Notes under the pieces: model-generated
What the model saw: the letters and a program-made list of their open reading frames with translations, nothing else
Databases searched by the model: none
What the model was told of the DNA's origin: nothing
Translations under genes and position numbers: made by a program
Source of the DNA: Candidatus Latescibacterota bacterium
GTDB taxonomy: Bacteria > Latescibacterota > UBA2968 > UBA8231
Assembly (NCBI GenBank): GCA_965197905.1
Contig: CBDAOB010000001.1
Coordinates: 64,001-128,000, forward strand
Length of the DNA: 64,000 nucleotides
Direction of reading: 5' to 3'
Part shown: positions 45,039 to 54,491 of the stretch, piece after piece
Numbering within the stretch: the stretch's first letter is position 1
How the letters are laid out: the number at the start of each line of letters is the position of its first letter

Positions 45039-45611
45039 TTGCGCATCGTCGCTGGCGACCTTCGCGGTCGGGAAATCTCTTTCAATCCTCGCCGCCACGG
45101 CGACATCCGCGTGACCTCCTCGCGTTTGAAGGAGTCGTTGTTTGGCATGCTGGGGCCCGACCTGAACGGTCAAACCTTTCTCGATCTATGCGCGGGTTGC
45201 GGCCAGATCGGACTCGAAGCCCACAGCCGCGGTGGCAAGGTGACGATGAACGAACCGCACCGAAAACGCAGCAAACTGCTCAAGGAGCTGGTCCGCGAAT
45301 GGAGATTGCGGGGCGTAGAGCTGGTGAGTGCCAAAGCCCAGGTTCTGATCCCGCGGTTTGCGGAGCAGGGCCGGGGGTTCGACACGATCTACCTCGACCC
45401 TCCGTATTGCGCCCGCTTGGGCGCCGCTCGGCTTTTTTTGGCGCTGGTCGACCGACTGAGTGACGGGGCCCTCTTGAACCCGGGGGGCCTGCTTGCCGTT
45501 CAGCACACGCGCGACGCCGAGCTGGACTCTGCATGCGGGCTCCTGCACATGGTGCGGCAACGCCAGTATGGGGATACCCATCTGAGCATTTTCGCCGCGC
45601 CTGATTCTTGA
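45039..45611 (+). CDS. rsmD: 16S rRNA m2G966 methyltransferase-like protein
   Basis: MRIVAG..RGR, KESLF, LDLCAGCG..GLEA.SRG, DPPY, YGDT. Confidence 0.88.
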   Translation: MRIVAGDLRGREISFNPRRHGDIRVTSSRLKESLFGMLGPDLNGQTFLDLCAGCGQIGLEAHSRGGKVTMNEPHRKRSKLLKELVREWRLRGVELVSAKAQVLIPRFAEQGRGFDTIYLDPPYCARLGAARLFLALVDRLSDGALLNPGGLLAVQHTRDAELDSACGLLHMVRQRQYGDTHLSIFAAPDS

Positions 45612-45627
45612 GCGACTCGATGAAGAC

Positions 45628-46404
45628 ATGCGTTTCCGTCCCTGCATAGATCTCCACAACGGGGTCGTCAAGCAGATTGTCGGCGCCTCTCTCGGCGAAG
45701 GGAACGAACCTGTTACCAACTTCGCAAGCGACAAGTCTGCCTCCTACTACGCCCAGCTCTACCGCGACGACGGCCTGGCGGGCGGTCACGTAATCATGTT
45801 GGGCCCGGGAAACGAAGCCGCCGCTGAGGAAACATTGAGCGCCTTCCCCAACGGATTGCAACTCGGGGGTGGTATCGACCACGGCAACGCCCGAAGCTGG
45901 CTGGAGCGGGGCGCCGCACAGATCATCGTCAACTCATACCTGTTCGTTGACGGCCGTTTCCAACAAGATCGATTGGAAAACCTGGCATGGGAGGTTGGTA
46001 GCGAAAACTTGGTGGTAGATCTGAGCTGTGCCCGTTCAGGTGAAGGCTTCGTGGCGATGACCGATCGTTGGCAGCGCCCGACCGACCTGGAAATCACCGA
46101 GCCGAATCTGACGATGCTCTCCGAGTTCTGCTCTCAGTTTCTCGTGCACGCAACCGAGGTGGAAGGCAAGCAGGAGGGCATCGCCACCGGCGTTGTTGAA
46201 CTCCTCGGAGAAATAGCTCCTATTACGACGACCTACGCGGGAGGGATCCGCAGCTTCAAGGAGATCGAGCGCATCGACGAGCTCGCCCAGGGCCGGTTGG
46301 ACTTCACCGTGGGCAGCGCCCTGGACATCTTCGGCGGGACCGGAATTCGCTACCGCGACCTCGTAGCCTTCAACCGCGCTCGCGAGGAAAACGGCGACAG
46401 CTGA
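45628..46404 (+). CDS. hisA: ProFAR isomerase, eukaryote (His6)-type HisA
   Basis: FRPCIDLHNGVVKQIVG, GGHVIMLG, LVVDLSC, TYAGG, TVGSALDIFGG. Confidence 0.92.
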   Translation: MRFRPCIDLHNGVVKQIVGASLGEGNEPVTNFASDKSASYYAQLYRDDGLAGGHVIMLGPGNEAAAEETLSAFPNGLQLGGGIDHGNARSWLERGAAQIIVNSYLFVDGRFQQDRLENLAWEVGSENLVVDLSCARSGEGFVAMTDRWQRPTDLEITEPNLTMLSEFCSQFLVHATEVEGKQEGIATGVVELLGEIAPITTTYAGGIRSFKEIERIDELAQGRLDFTVGSALDIFGGTGIRYRDLVAFNRAREENGDS

Positions 46405-46405
46405 G

Positions 46406-46639
46406 CTAGTGGGAGCCGCTGCTGTCCGGCATAACGTCTGAGAGGTTTTTGTCTACGAAGCTGGCCGGTGCCATATCGGGGGGCACATCCGGCGTCGGAA
46501 TGTATTCGAGAAACACTCCCCCGCGGTTCACACGGAACATCATGTCCGGGACCGCAAAGAGCAGCGCGTTCTTCAGCTTTTCGCTCTTGCTCAGTGCCTC
46601 CTTTGACACAGTCTCTTCCAGACGCGTTTTCTGTGACAT
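46406..46639 (-). pseudogene. Truncated PAS-domain fragment
   Basis: KSEKLKNALLFAVPDMMFRVNRGGVFLEY..FVDKNLSDVMP resembles the first half of a PAS domain and stops abruptly against hisA. Confidence 0.5.
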
Positions 46640-46651
46640 TCACCCCAATCC

Positions 46652-46679
46652 TTGATCGACGAGAGATGTGGAATATAAT
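46652..46679 (+). promoter_or_regulatory. Putative sigma70 promoter
   Basis: TTGATC-16 nt-TATAAT upstream of the receiver gene at 46765. Confidence 0.5.
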
Positions 46680-46764
46680 AATTAACTATGAGGCGTGTGG
46701 ACTATCGAGTGTGGTGGTGATAGTTTCTCTTTCCGACGGACTCACAGGGAGGGAGGATTGTGCG

Positions 46765-47124
46765 ATGCCGACCATACTGCTGGTAGAAGACAACGAGATG
46801 AATCGAGATATGTTGAGCCGGCGCCTGGAGCGTCGGGACTTCCAGGTACTCATTGCCGTCGATGGACGCGAGGGAGTGGAGACGGCAAGCCGCGAGCTGC
46901 CCGACCTCGTGCTCATGGACATGAGTCTGCCGGAGATGGACGGATGGGAGGCGACGCGGCTGCTCAAGGGCGACGAAAAAACATCTGCCATACCGGTGAT
47001 CGCCCTGACCGCCCATGCCATGGCAGGAGATCGGGAGAAAGCGCTGGAGGCCGGCTGCGACGACTACGACAGCAAACCCGTGGACTTCAAACGACTCCTC
47101 GCGAAGATCGAAGCACTTTTGTAG
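46765..47124 (+). CDS. Single-domain response regulator (DivK/CheY-like)
   Basis: LLVEDNEMNRDMLSRRL, MDMSLP.MDGW, ALTAHAM, SKP; GGAGG RBS. Confidence 0.93.
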   Translation: MPTILLVEDNEMNRDMLSRRLERRDFQVLIAVDGREGVETASRELPDLVLMDMSLPEMDGWEATRLLKGDEKTSAIPVIALTAHAMAGDREKALEAGCDDYDSKPVDFKRLLAKIEALL

Positions 47125-47349
47125 CCCCTCGGACCTACGAGGCTGAACCCTTACCCGCAACAGAGAAAGAGGATCGTGAATCAGGAGGCAAAGCGCGAAG
47201 CTGACAACGGTAGAACCGGTCTCGAGGAGATAACAAATCGAGCCAGAACAAGGACGAGCTCTTGCAGAGCATAACCGATCTGGTTGATAAACTTGAAGAG
47301 CAGACCAACGTATGAAATCCGTCGAAAACTCTAGACCCATCGCAGGTGC

Positions 47350-48576
47350 ATGGTTTGTCGCGCGTACCCGACGGCAACGAAGAGCCCAGTTTTGAGTCCA
47401 AGCAAGTCCAAAATTCTGGTGGTGGACGACTCGGCCATAGTGCGGCATACGGTGGCGGAGATAATTCGCAAAATGGGTCACACAGTGATCGAAGCCGAGG
47501 ATGGTACCGCTGTCCTGCCGCTGGTCGCTGAGCATCATCCGGCTCTGATTATCCTCGATATTCACATGCCCGAGAAAAGCGGATTCCAGGCTCTGGAGGA
47601 GTTGCGCGCGTCGGAAGGGGATGGGAGCGATACCCCGGTCATCATTCTCACCGCGTCCGCCGAACCCCGTTACGTGCGTCAGGCCCTGGGAATGGTGATC
47701 AGCGGCTATCTGGTAAAGTCGAGTCTTGTAGCCGCCGAGATACGGGAGCGGGTCAACCAGACGCTTCAGAAACCGGTGCGGACGAAGACTGCTGCCCGCC
47801 ATGTACGCGCAGCCAATCTCGAGTTTCACGTTCTGCTGGCAGACGACAGCTCGCAGGATCGTCAGCTCCTGTCCGGCTTGCTGTCCAAGTGGGGCTGTTT
47901 GACTACGGCGGTGGAAAACGGGAAGGAGGTCTTGAGCGTTCTAGCGGAGGACGGTTCCGTAGACGTGCTCATCATCAACGATACCATGCCTGAAATGGAT
48001 GGTTATGAGGCGACCCAAACGCTGCGGGAAAAAGAGAGTTCCGGCTCGGGTCGTTTGCCCGTTATCCTGATTTCCTCGCAACCTCTGGAGTCCGTAAGGG
48101 AGCGTTGTCTGTCGGCCGGGATGGATGCCTACATCGGCAAGCCGGTCAACCCCGACAAGCTTTACAGAACGCTCGGGGATATTCACACTCTCCGCCTCGT
48201 GGAGGAAACGCCGGCCCGATCGAGTGATGCCGTCTACGACTGGGAAGAGCTCATGGAGCGGGTCGATGATGACATCGAGCTGCTGCAGCGCATGCTGTAC
48301 CTCTTTGGCAGAGATTATCCGCAGCTGCTCGTAGAGATTCGCACGGCCGTCGAATCAGCGAATCTCGAGTCGCTGAAAGAGGCCGCGCATACCCTCCGAG
48401 GTATGCTGGCTAATTTGACGGCTCACCTAGCTGCCGACATCGCCGCAGAGCTGGAGAACGTTGAAGAGTCACGAGATCTTGCAGAATACGCGGAGATGCC
48501 GGCTCGGTTAGAAACGGAGGTGGAGCGGGCGAATGAGCAGCTTTCCAGCGAGCTCTCCAGAGTCACCAAACCGTAA
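47350..48576 (+). CDS. REC-REC-Hpt phosphorelay protein
   Basis: Two receiver domains (LDIHMP; INDTMPEMDG) and a C-terminal Hpt (AAHTLRG). Start uncertain. Confidence 0.88.
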   Translation: MVCRAYPTATKSPVLSPSKSKILVVDDSAIVRHTVAEIIRKMGHTVIEAEDGTAVLPLVAEHHPALIILDIHMPEKSGFQALEELRASEGDGSDTPVIILTASAEPRYVRQALGMVISGYLVKSSLVAAEIRERVNQTLQKPVRTKTAARHVRAANLEFHVLLADDSSQDRQLLSGLLSKWGCLTTAVENGKEVLSVLAEDGSVDVLIINDTMPEMDGYEATQTLREKESSGSGRLPVILISSQPLESVRERCLSAGMDAYIGKPVNPDKLYRTLGDIHTLRLVEETPARSSDAVYDWEELMERVDDDIELLQRMLYLFGRDYPQLLVEIRTAVESANLESLKEAAHTLRGMLANLTAHLAADIAAELENVEESRDLAEYAEMPARLETEVERANEQLSSELSRVTKP

Positions 48577-48605
48577 CCTCGCTGACTCAGGCAGTTGCCA
48601 CAACC

Positions 48606-49526
48606 TCAAGCGATGGTAAAGAAGGCCAGGACCGAGTTGAGTCCCTTGACCCTAGGCCGGTGAAGTAAAGGGAGCGCTTCGATATCGAATCTCCGCCGCT
48701 CACCTCCCAGATCGACTTCCTCCGATCCGCGGGAAAGCTTGCCGTTGCGCGCAGCTTGAATTAAACAGCTTCTCTTCTCGAATCCTGGAAAGGTGGGTAT
48801 GAAAAGCTTGCTGGCGGCGAAACTGATTGAGTAGGTCGTCGCGACCACCCTCATACCACCCTCCTGCGTAGCTCCGCCCTTCTTACAACGGCGAGAACGC
48901 TGCCGGCTGCCGGGATCAGGCTCCGCCAAGACCAGCGCGCAACGGTGCAGATCGCACTCCACCATGCGCCGACAGACCGCCTCCTGTGACGCGCCGTACC
49001 GGCGACATAAACCCTCCACCGAGCTCAGCGCGAAACCGGCGCAGGCCAGATCGCTCTTGAATAGATCGATGGGCATGGCAAACTCTGCCGCGGCCACATC
49101 GCAAAGGTGCTCCAGAAAACCCTGGCGGCCAAAATGGCGAACCTTCGAACCACGCATCAACGGGTTGCTGCGGTAGTCGGGAAAGAGGGTGTGGGCAAGC
49201 TCGTGGAAGATGCTGAATCGGGTTCGCACCCTGGAGCGGCCCCGGCGAAACAGAATCGTCGGCGTTCCGTTCTGAACCATGATCATCGCGTCGTCCAATC
49301 CGGGCTCATCCACCGAGACGCAACGGTATCCCAGAGCTTGCGCGATCAGCACCGGGTCGACCGGCGGAGGTGCCCAGCGGTCATCGATCTCGCGAAGAAT
49401 CCGGTCTGCATGGGCGAATCTCTCCCGGGCACGGGTTCGCACCTCATCTTCCGGTGAAACCTGGCCACCCCCGATTTCCTCGCGTTGGCCAGCGGCCAGG
49501 TCGAGCTGAAGCAGGTCGGCGCCCAT
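48606..49526 (-). CDS. ImmA/IrrE (CapP-like) Zn metallopeptidase
   Basis: RTRFSIFHELAHTLFP (HExxH), EHLCDVAAAEFAMP, HTH-like YGASQEA, C-terminal extra domain. Confidence 0.88.
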   Translation of the reverse strand: MGADLLQLDLAAGQREEIGGGQVSPEDEVRTRARERFAHADRILREIDDRWAPPPVDPVLIAQALGYRCVSVDEPGLDDAMIMVQNGTPTILFRRGRSRVRTRFSIFHELAHTLFPDYRSNPLMRGSKVRHFGRQGFLEHLCDVAAAEFAMPIDLFKSDLACAGFALSSVEGLCRRYGASQEAVCRRMVECDLHRCALVLAEPDPGSRQRSRRCKKGGATQEGGMRVVATTYSISFAASKLFIPTFPGFEKRSCLIQAARNGKLSRGSEEVDLGGERRRFDIEALPLLHRPRVKGLNSVLAFFTIA

Positions 49527-49528
49527 CG

Positions 49529-49933
49529 CTACTCTCCGGTCATCTCCCTTAAAAGGCCGTAGATCAATGCCCACTGATCCCGGGTGGTCGGGCGCCCGCC
49601 ACGCAGCTGGACGAAAGAGAGCGATTTGATCTCTTCCGGATCGAGCGGTTGCCCCTGCACCTTGCGCTGATTGATAAAGGCACGCAACCCCTCGTTTATC
49701 TCAGGTTCTATAAGATCGAGCGCGCCCTCTGACAGCTGCTTGCCCATCAGATGAGCCAGTGTAACACCGAGGGCTTCGGCCAACCTGAAGAGTACCTCCG
49801 CCCCAGGTCGCTTGCTCTTCCCCGCCTCTATCTCCCACAGAAATGCCTTGGAAACCTGGGCTTTGGTGGCCAGATCTGGTAGAGTAAGACCACGTATCTG
49901 CCTGTATTTCTTAATGTTATTTCCTATTTCCAT
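49529..49933 (-). CDS. XRE-family HTH repressor (ImmR/CapH-like)
   Basis: IGNNIKKYRQIRGLTLPDLATKAQVSKAFLWEIEAGKSKRP..LFRLAEALGV. Confidence 0.92.
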   Translation of the reverse strand: MEIGNNIKKYRQIRGLTLPDLATKAQVSKAFLWEIEAGKSKRPGAEVLFRLAEALGVTLAHLMGKQLSEGALDLIEPEINEGLRAFINQRKVQGQPLDPEEIKSLSFVQLRGGRPTTRDQWALIYGLLREMTGE

Positions 49934-49995
49934 TACCGCAATGCCCCCTGCATAGAATCCTTTCTCGGGAAAGTAACTCCTGATATCAACAAAAG

Positions 49996-50014
49996 CAAAC
50001 TTATGTAAAGTTTG
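49996..50014. promoter_or_regulatory. Palindromic operator candidate in the divergent promoter region
   Basis: Perfect inverted repeat CAAACTT-ATGTA-AAGTTTG in an AT-rich intergenic region. Confidence 0.55.
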
Positions 50015-50102
50015 GTTTGTTAAAGAAAACTGTTGTGTCTGAGAATCGAAAGCGTAGATTTGTGGGCTACAGTTCGTAAAAGCGAACCAAAAGGAGGCTC
50101 CG

Positions 50103-50312
50103 ATGCAGTTGACGTGCAGAGACCGGGTGGAACGCGCCGCCCGGATCTACACCAGCAATAAGGAAGCAAGCCGTGCTCTCGGTATTGCGGCGGGCAGCTT
50201 CGGCAGATTGTGTCTCCGCTACGGCATCGAAACACCGCATGCCAGGCGCCGACGGCGGCGGGGGGAAATGAAAATGGGAGGTCCCGCCGGGGTAATCCGG
50301 AGTGACGGCTGA
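50103..50312 (+). CDS. Small basic HTH (Fis-like) protein
   Basis: AGGAGG RBS; ERAARIYTSNKEASRALGIAAGSFGRLCLRYGI followed by a poly-Arg tract. Confidence 0.75.
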   Translation: MQLTCRDRVERAARIYTSNKEASRALGIAAGSFGRLCLRYGIETPHARRRRRRGEMKMGGPAGVIRSDG

Positions 50313-50330
50313 GCCAGCGACCGAATGTTT

Positions 50331-51353
50331 CTAAGGTGTTGGAGCATCCTCTCGCAAGAGACCTTCAGACTTCAGCTCCGACCAGAGATCAGCGGGAACG
50401 GCCTGCCGGTAGAGATTCAGATTCTGCTTAACGTGGTCGGGTGCCAGCGCTCCGGGAATAATCGCCGACACGATCGGATGAGCCAGCGGAAACTGCAATG
50501 CTGCTGCTGCCAGGGGGGTCTCGTGACGGGCGCAAACAGCCTCCATCTGGCGGACCTTCTCCTGAACCTCGGCTTCGGCCGGCGCATACTTGTATTTGGC
50601 ACCCTCCACCGGCCCGGTGGCGAGAATGCCTGACGCAAATACGGCTCCGATCACGACGCGGACACCGCGCTCTTCGCATTGGGGGAATTCCGTATCCAAA
50701 ACCTCCTGGTCCAACAAGGTGTACGGCAGCGCTACCAGGAAGAAGTCGAGATCCACCATCTCCAAAAACCGAGGCATCATTCCCATCTCGTTGATGCCGG
50801 CCCCAACTCCCTTGATCAATCCGTCTGCACGCAAACGCTCCAACGCCCGCCAACCGCTGGTGGCCAGCTGATCGAGATACGCCTGCACCTTCTTCTCCGT
50901 CAGGTGAAACCAGAAATCAAGGTCGTGTATGATCAGGTATTCGACCGAAGGCAAACCCAATCGCTGCAAGCTGTCTTTGAACGAACGCATGATGCCGTCG
51001 TAGCTGTAGTCGAACTCCAGGTCGAACGGCAATCCGCCGGCCCAGAAACCCGAGTCGAAGCTGGACGGATCGCGGGTTGGGCGCAGCACCCTGCCCACCT
51101 TGGTCGAGAGCGCGAACTGGGGCCGCTCCTGCTGGCGCAGGAAATGGCCGACCCGGTGTTCACTCTTGCCGTACCCATAAAAAGGGGCGGTATCGAAATA
51201 GCGGATCCCATCGTTCCAGGCCGCTTCTAAAATCTGTTGCGCCGTAGTTTCGCCGATCACTTCGAAGAGATCCCCCAGGGGGACTCCGCCAAGCCCGATT
51301 TCACTTATTGCGGCTCCGGTACGGCCAAGGGGACGGGTTGGTATTGCTGCCAT
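50331..51353 (-). CDS. Aldo/keto reductase (aldose 1-dehydrogenase-like)
   Basis: RYFDTAPFYG.G.SE, STKVGR, FDYSYDG, IHDLD, AALQFPL. Confidence 0.92.
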   Translation of the reverse strand: MAAIPTRPLGRTGAAISEIGLGGVPLGDLFEVIGETTAQQILEAAWNDGIRYFDTAPFYGYGKSEHRVGHFLRQQERPQFALSTKVGRVLRPTRDPSSFDSGFWAGGLPFDLEFDYSYDGIMRSFKDSLQRLGLPSVEYLIIHDLDFWFHLTEKKVQAYLDQLATSGWRALERLRADGLIKGVGAGINEMGMMPRFLEMVDLDFFLVALPYTLLDQEVLDTEFPQCEERGVRVVIGAVFASGILATGPVEGAKYKYAPAEAEVQEKVRQMEAVCARHETPLAAAALQFPLAHPIVSAIIPGALAPDHVKQNLNLYRQAVPADLWSELKSEGLLREDAPTP

Positions 51354-51394
51354 ATCTGATTGTCCTCGTCTGGTTAGCTTTCCGCTGAGGTGCT

Positions 51395-52216
51395 TTAAAC
51401 CCTAGCCCGTTCGAGCAGGTTTCGGAACTCGGTGGCGTACTGGCTCAACACCCCGTCCGCGTCATGATCACTCCCCGGCGGGTGAATGATCTCCACCGAG
51501 AAATACCCGTCAAAGTCGGCGGCACTCAACAGCTGCAGCGGAGCGAAGTGATCGAAAATGCCTTGCCCCAACGGCAGGGTCGTTATCCTTCCATCCACGA
51601 ATGTGCCATCGTGTGCGTGGGTATGGACCACGTACGGCCTCAGCACCTCGAAACTCTCCGCCGGCCGCTCGAATACGCGTTGCGGGTGCATTAAATCCCA
51701 CAGTGCCTGCAGATTGGGATGGTTTGTTTGCTCCAACACCGCGCGCACCGACACCGAGTTACTCCAGTGGTCGTGGGTCTCGAGCAAAATCGTCACCCCG
51801 CGCTCACGCGCCTGATCCAGCACCTGGGCGTATCCCTCGACCATGTAGTCCACCATCACCTTGAGCTCTTTGTCGTGGGTCCAGATACCCCCGAAGGTTC
51901 GCAGCAGGGGACAGTTCAAATCAGCGGCAAGATCGATGTAGCGGCGCAGGTCGTCTACGTGGCCGGCACGCACGGCCTTGTCTTCAGCCGCCATCTGGAC
52001 ACCCGTGGCGATACAACAGAGCTCGAGACCTTCGCCGGCAAACCGAGCTTTAAGTTCCCGCCGTTCCTCCGCTGTGCGCTCCAGCTCAATGCCGCAGGCG
52101 TGATCCCATTCCACCCGGGGTTCGAATCCTCGGTAGCCATGGCGCTTCATGCCGGCGAAAACATCATCAAGCTTCCAGTCTGGACATACGCTGCTCATGG
52201 TCGCCAATTTGATCAT
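51395..52216 (-). CDS. Sugar phosphate isomerase/epimerase (AP endonuclease 2 TIM barrel)
   Basis: LLETHD, LWD..H, HTHAHD, LGQG, SVE. Confidence 0.88.
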   Translation of the reverse strand: MIKLATMSSVCPDWKLDDVFAGMKRHGYRGFEPRVEWDHACGIELERTAEERRELKARFAGEGLELCCIATGVQMAAEDKAVRAGHVDDLRRYIDLAADLNCPLLRTFGGIWTHDKELKVMVDYMVEGYAQVLDQARERGVTILLETHDHWSNSVSVRAVLEQTNHPNLQALWDLMHPQRVFERPAESFEVLRPYVVHTHAHDGTFVDGRITTLPLGQGIFDHFAPLQLLSAADFDGYFSVEIIHPPGSDHDADGVLSQYATEFRNLLERARV

Positions 52217-52346
52217 CGATAGAGCCTCCTCATCGTTTCAATCTGCTCCATCCGCGGGCCTCTTGCAACCGTCTTGCCAGCATTGGATTAGCTTGATTCA
52301 GGTCTTCAATCAGGTATGTTTGGTCACTCGTCAACAGGGGGAAACT

Positions 52347-53162
52347 ATGAAATATCGTTTTGCGGAGATGCTCTGGAAGGAAACCAAAGAAGCAGCTGAG
52401 CAAAATCGAATTGCCGTCGTGCCGGTCGCCACCCACGAAGACCATGGACCCCATCTACCGGTCGATACCGACGTTGTGCTCACCAACGAGATCTGCGAGC
52501 GAGCGGTGGCGCGCATTCCCGGCGAGGCCGTGCTTGTGCCTCCTGTCGTTCACGGTTACAGTCCCCATCACATGGATTTCCACGGCACCCTGACCATCGC
52601 CTGGGATACCTTCATCAAATACGTGAAGGATGTCTGCTGCAGCCTTGCCCACCACGGGTTCCTGCGCATTCTCGTGGTCAACGGGCACGGCAGCAACAGC
52701 TCGCCGCTGGACATGTCGGCGCGGTTGTCCAATCTGGAATACAACGGGGAAATCCTCTGCGCCACCGTCAATCACTGGGACCTACGGCGCGTCAAGGATC
52801 TCGCAGTCGAGCTGCGAGACAGCAGTTACGGTGGCGCCGCGCATGCCGGCGAGTATGAAACCTCCCTCTACCTGGCATTGCGACCGGAGCTCGTAGAGAT
52901 GGACAAGGCAGTGGACGAACGCACCCCACTGCCCCCCAGTTTCCAGATCGATCTTCTCGCCGGCATCCACCCCGAAGGCTCGGGCGCCAAGATGGTTCCG
53001 TACTGGAGCTCGCAGACTGCCAGCGGAGTCCTAGGCGACGCCACCAAGGCATCCGTCGAAAAGGGTGAGAAGTTTCTTGAGGCCGCCACCGAAGGTCTGG
53101 TCGATTTGATTCGCGAGCTGAGGGGCACCGAGATCCCGCCGCGACGCAACCAGCACACCTGA
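52347..53162 (+). CDS. Creatininase-family amidohydrolase
   Basis: EDHGPHLPVDTD, GYSPHHMDFHGT, NGHGSN, HAGEYETS, SGVLGD. Confidence 0.92.
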   Translation: MKYRFAEMLWKETKEAAEQNRIAVVPVATHEDHGPHLPVDTDVVLTNEICERAVARIPGEAVLVPPVVHGYSPHHMDFHGTLTIAWDTFIKYVKDVCCSLAHHGFLRILVVNGHGSNSSPLDMSARLSNLEYNGEILCATVNHWDLRRVKDLAVELRDSSYGGAAHAGEYETSLYLALRPELVEMDKAVDERTPLPPSFQIDLLAGIHPEGSGAKMVPYWSSQTASGVLGDATKASVEKGEKFLEAATEGLVDLIRELRGTEIPPRRNQHT

Positions 53163-53185
53163 ACCTTGGTACACGGCGATTCGAG

Positions 53186-54487
53186 ATGAGGTTTCGATTG
53201 GCTCGTAGAGACGGTGTCCTGGGCGCCATTGTATTGCTCCTCCTGGTACCGCTGTTTCCGGTCGCCATAGAGGCTTCCGGCACCGCCACGACCAGAGCCG
53301 ACAGCCTGTCCCTGGCGCCTGCGAAACCTCTCCGCTATCGCTCCCGCGGTGAGCAGGCGCTCGCCGTACCCGGGCGCATCGTGCATTTCCCGTTTCACCT
53401 GTTGTTCGTTGGCGGCCGCTACAGCGCTCATCTCGTTTGGGAGGTCCGCTTGATCGATCGGTTGAAAGGTTGGCTCACCACGGAGGATGGGCGGATTGGG
53501 ATTCGTCCACTCTCCAACACCGATATCGGATCCGGTTTCCGTCTTTTTTACAAGCGCCTGCCGAGCACAGCAGACGGCGAGCTTACTTCAACCGTTGGCG
53601 CTGCACCGCGCCAGCGCCAACACCACACCGTTGCGCTGGCGTGGGATAAACCTGCTGCCCTTCCGGGGCGCCTGCATTTGGATGCAGGTCTGCGCAAGGA
53701 ACCGAAAGAAAGCTACTTCGGGGTCGGCCAGGAAACTCCAAAGAATGACCGCACGAGTTTCTTTCAGGAAGACCTCCATGCAGGGCTGCGCTGGGAGCAC
53801 CGGATCGATCGTTCGTTGAAAGGCCAGGCCGCCATCGGCTACCACTCTGTAGACATCGGTGCCGGACAGAGCTCCACGGCCCCAGAGATCGGCATTGCCT
53901 ACACTCCCGTTACCTTGCCCGGCCTCGATCAACGGGTGCATTTCATCGAAAGCTCCGTCGGCGTGCACCGCGAGGTCGTCGACGTTCCGGGAAGTCCGAC
54001 CCGTGGCAATCGCACCCGGCTGCTGCTGGCATACCACCGCGCGTTGGACGAAAAATTCTCGCACCTGCGCATCAACGCAGTGAGCGAGCAGTTCGTCGAG
54101 CTCTTCTACCGACGCACCGCATCCTTGCGCCTGGGCATGGATTGGCGCCACGCCCCTGGGGATGATCGAGTCCCGTTCTACAACCTTGCCTACCTGGGCG
54201 GGATCGAGAATCTGCGCGGTTACACAAGGGGCAGATTTCGCGATCGCGGAACCCTGTTTGCTTCTGTCACCTACAAGTACCCGGTATGGCGCCTGGTGGA
54301 CGGTACTCTGTTTTACGAATCCGGGCGCGCCTTCCATGCCCTGGACGAGCTGGAGCTGGGGGGATGGGCGAGCTCGATGGGAGCCGGCTTGCGAGTGTGG
54401 GTACCCGGCGGCCTGGTTTTCGAACAGCTGGTAGCTCGCAGCGAGGAGGAGCTTCGTCTGTTGGTCAATTTCAAAACAATCTTCTAA
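53186..54487 (+). CDS. Omp85/BamA-TamA family outer-membrane beta-barrel without POTRA domains
   Basis: Signal peptide, amphipathic strands, LGGIENLRGYTRGRFRD loop-6 motif, C-terminal Phe (FKTIF). Confidence 0.85.
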   Translation: MRFRLARRDGVLGAIVLLLLVPLFPVAIEASGTATTRADSLSLAPAKPLRYRSRGEQALAVPGRIVHFPFHLLFVGGRYSAHLVWEVRLIDRLKGWLTTEDGRIGIRPLSNTDIGSGFRLFYKRLPSTADGELTSTVGAAPRQRQHHTVALAWDKPAALPGRLHLDAGLRKEPKESYFGVGQETPKNDRTSFFQEDLHAGLRWEHRIDRSLKGQAAIGYHSVDIGAGQSSTAPEIGIAYTPVTLPGLDQRVHFIESSVGVHREVVDVPGSPTRGNRTRLLLAYHRALDEKFSHLRINAVSEQFVELFYRRTASLRLGMDWRHAPGDDRVPFYNLAYLGGIENLRGYTRGRFRDRGTLFASVTYKYPVWRLVDGTLFYESGRAFHALDELELGGWASSMGAGLRVWVPGGLVFEQLVARSEEELRLLVNFKTIF

Positions 54488-54491
54488 GTCT

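Noticed and set aside
47176..47315. Possible small frameshifted ORF (..NKDELLQSITDLVDKLEEQTNV*) between the receiver genes
   Set aside because: Requires an assumed frameshift and has no recognisable motif; not supportable.
48606..49933. CBASS or prophage locus implied by the CapH/CapP-like pair
   Set aside because: No cyclase, effector, integrase or phage genes are adjacent in the window.
50072..50087. LexA (SOS) box
   Set aside because: The half-sites are in the opposite orientation and spacing to the CGAAC-N4-GTTCG box; kept only as a generic palindrome.
52347..53162. Mycofactocin peptidase MftE / RiPP cluster
   Set aside because: Creatininase fold only; no precursor peptide or radical SAM maturase nearby.
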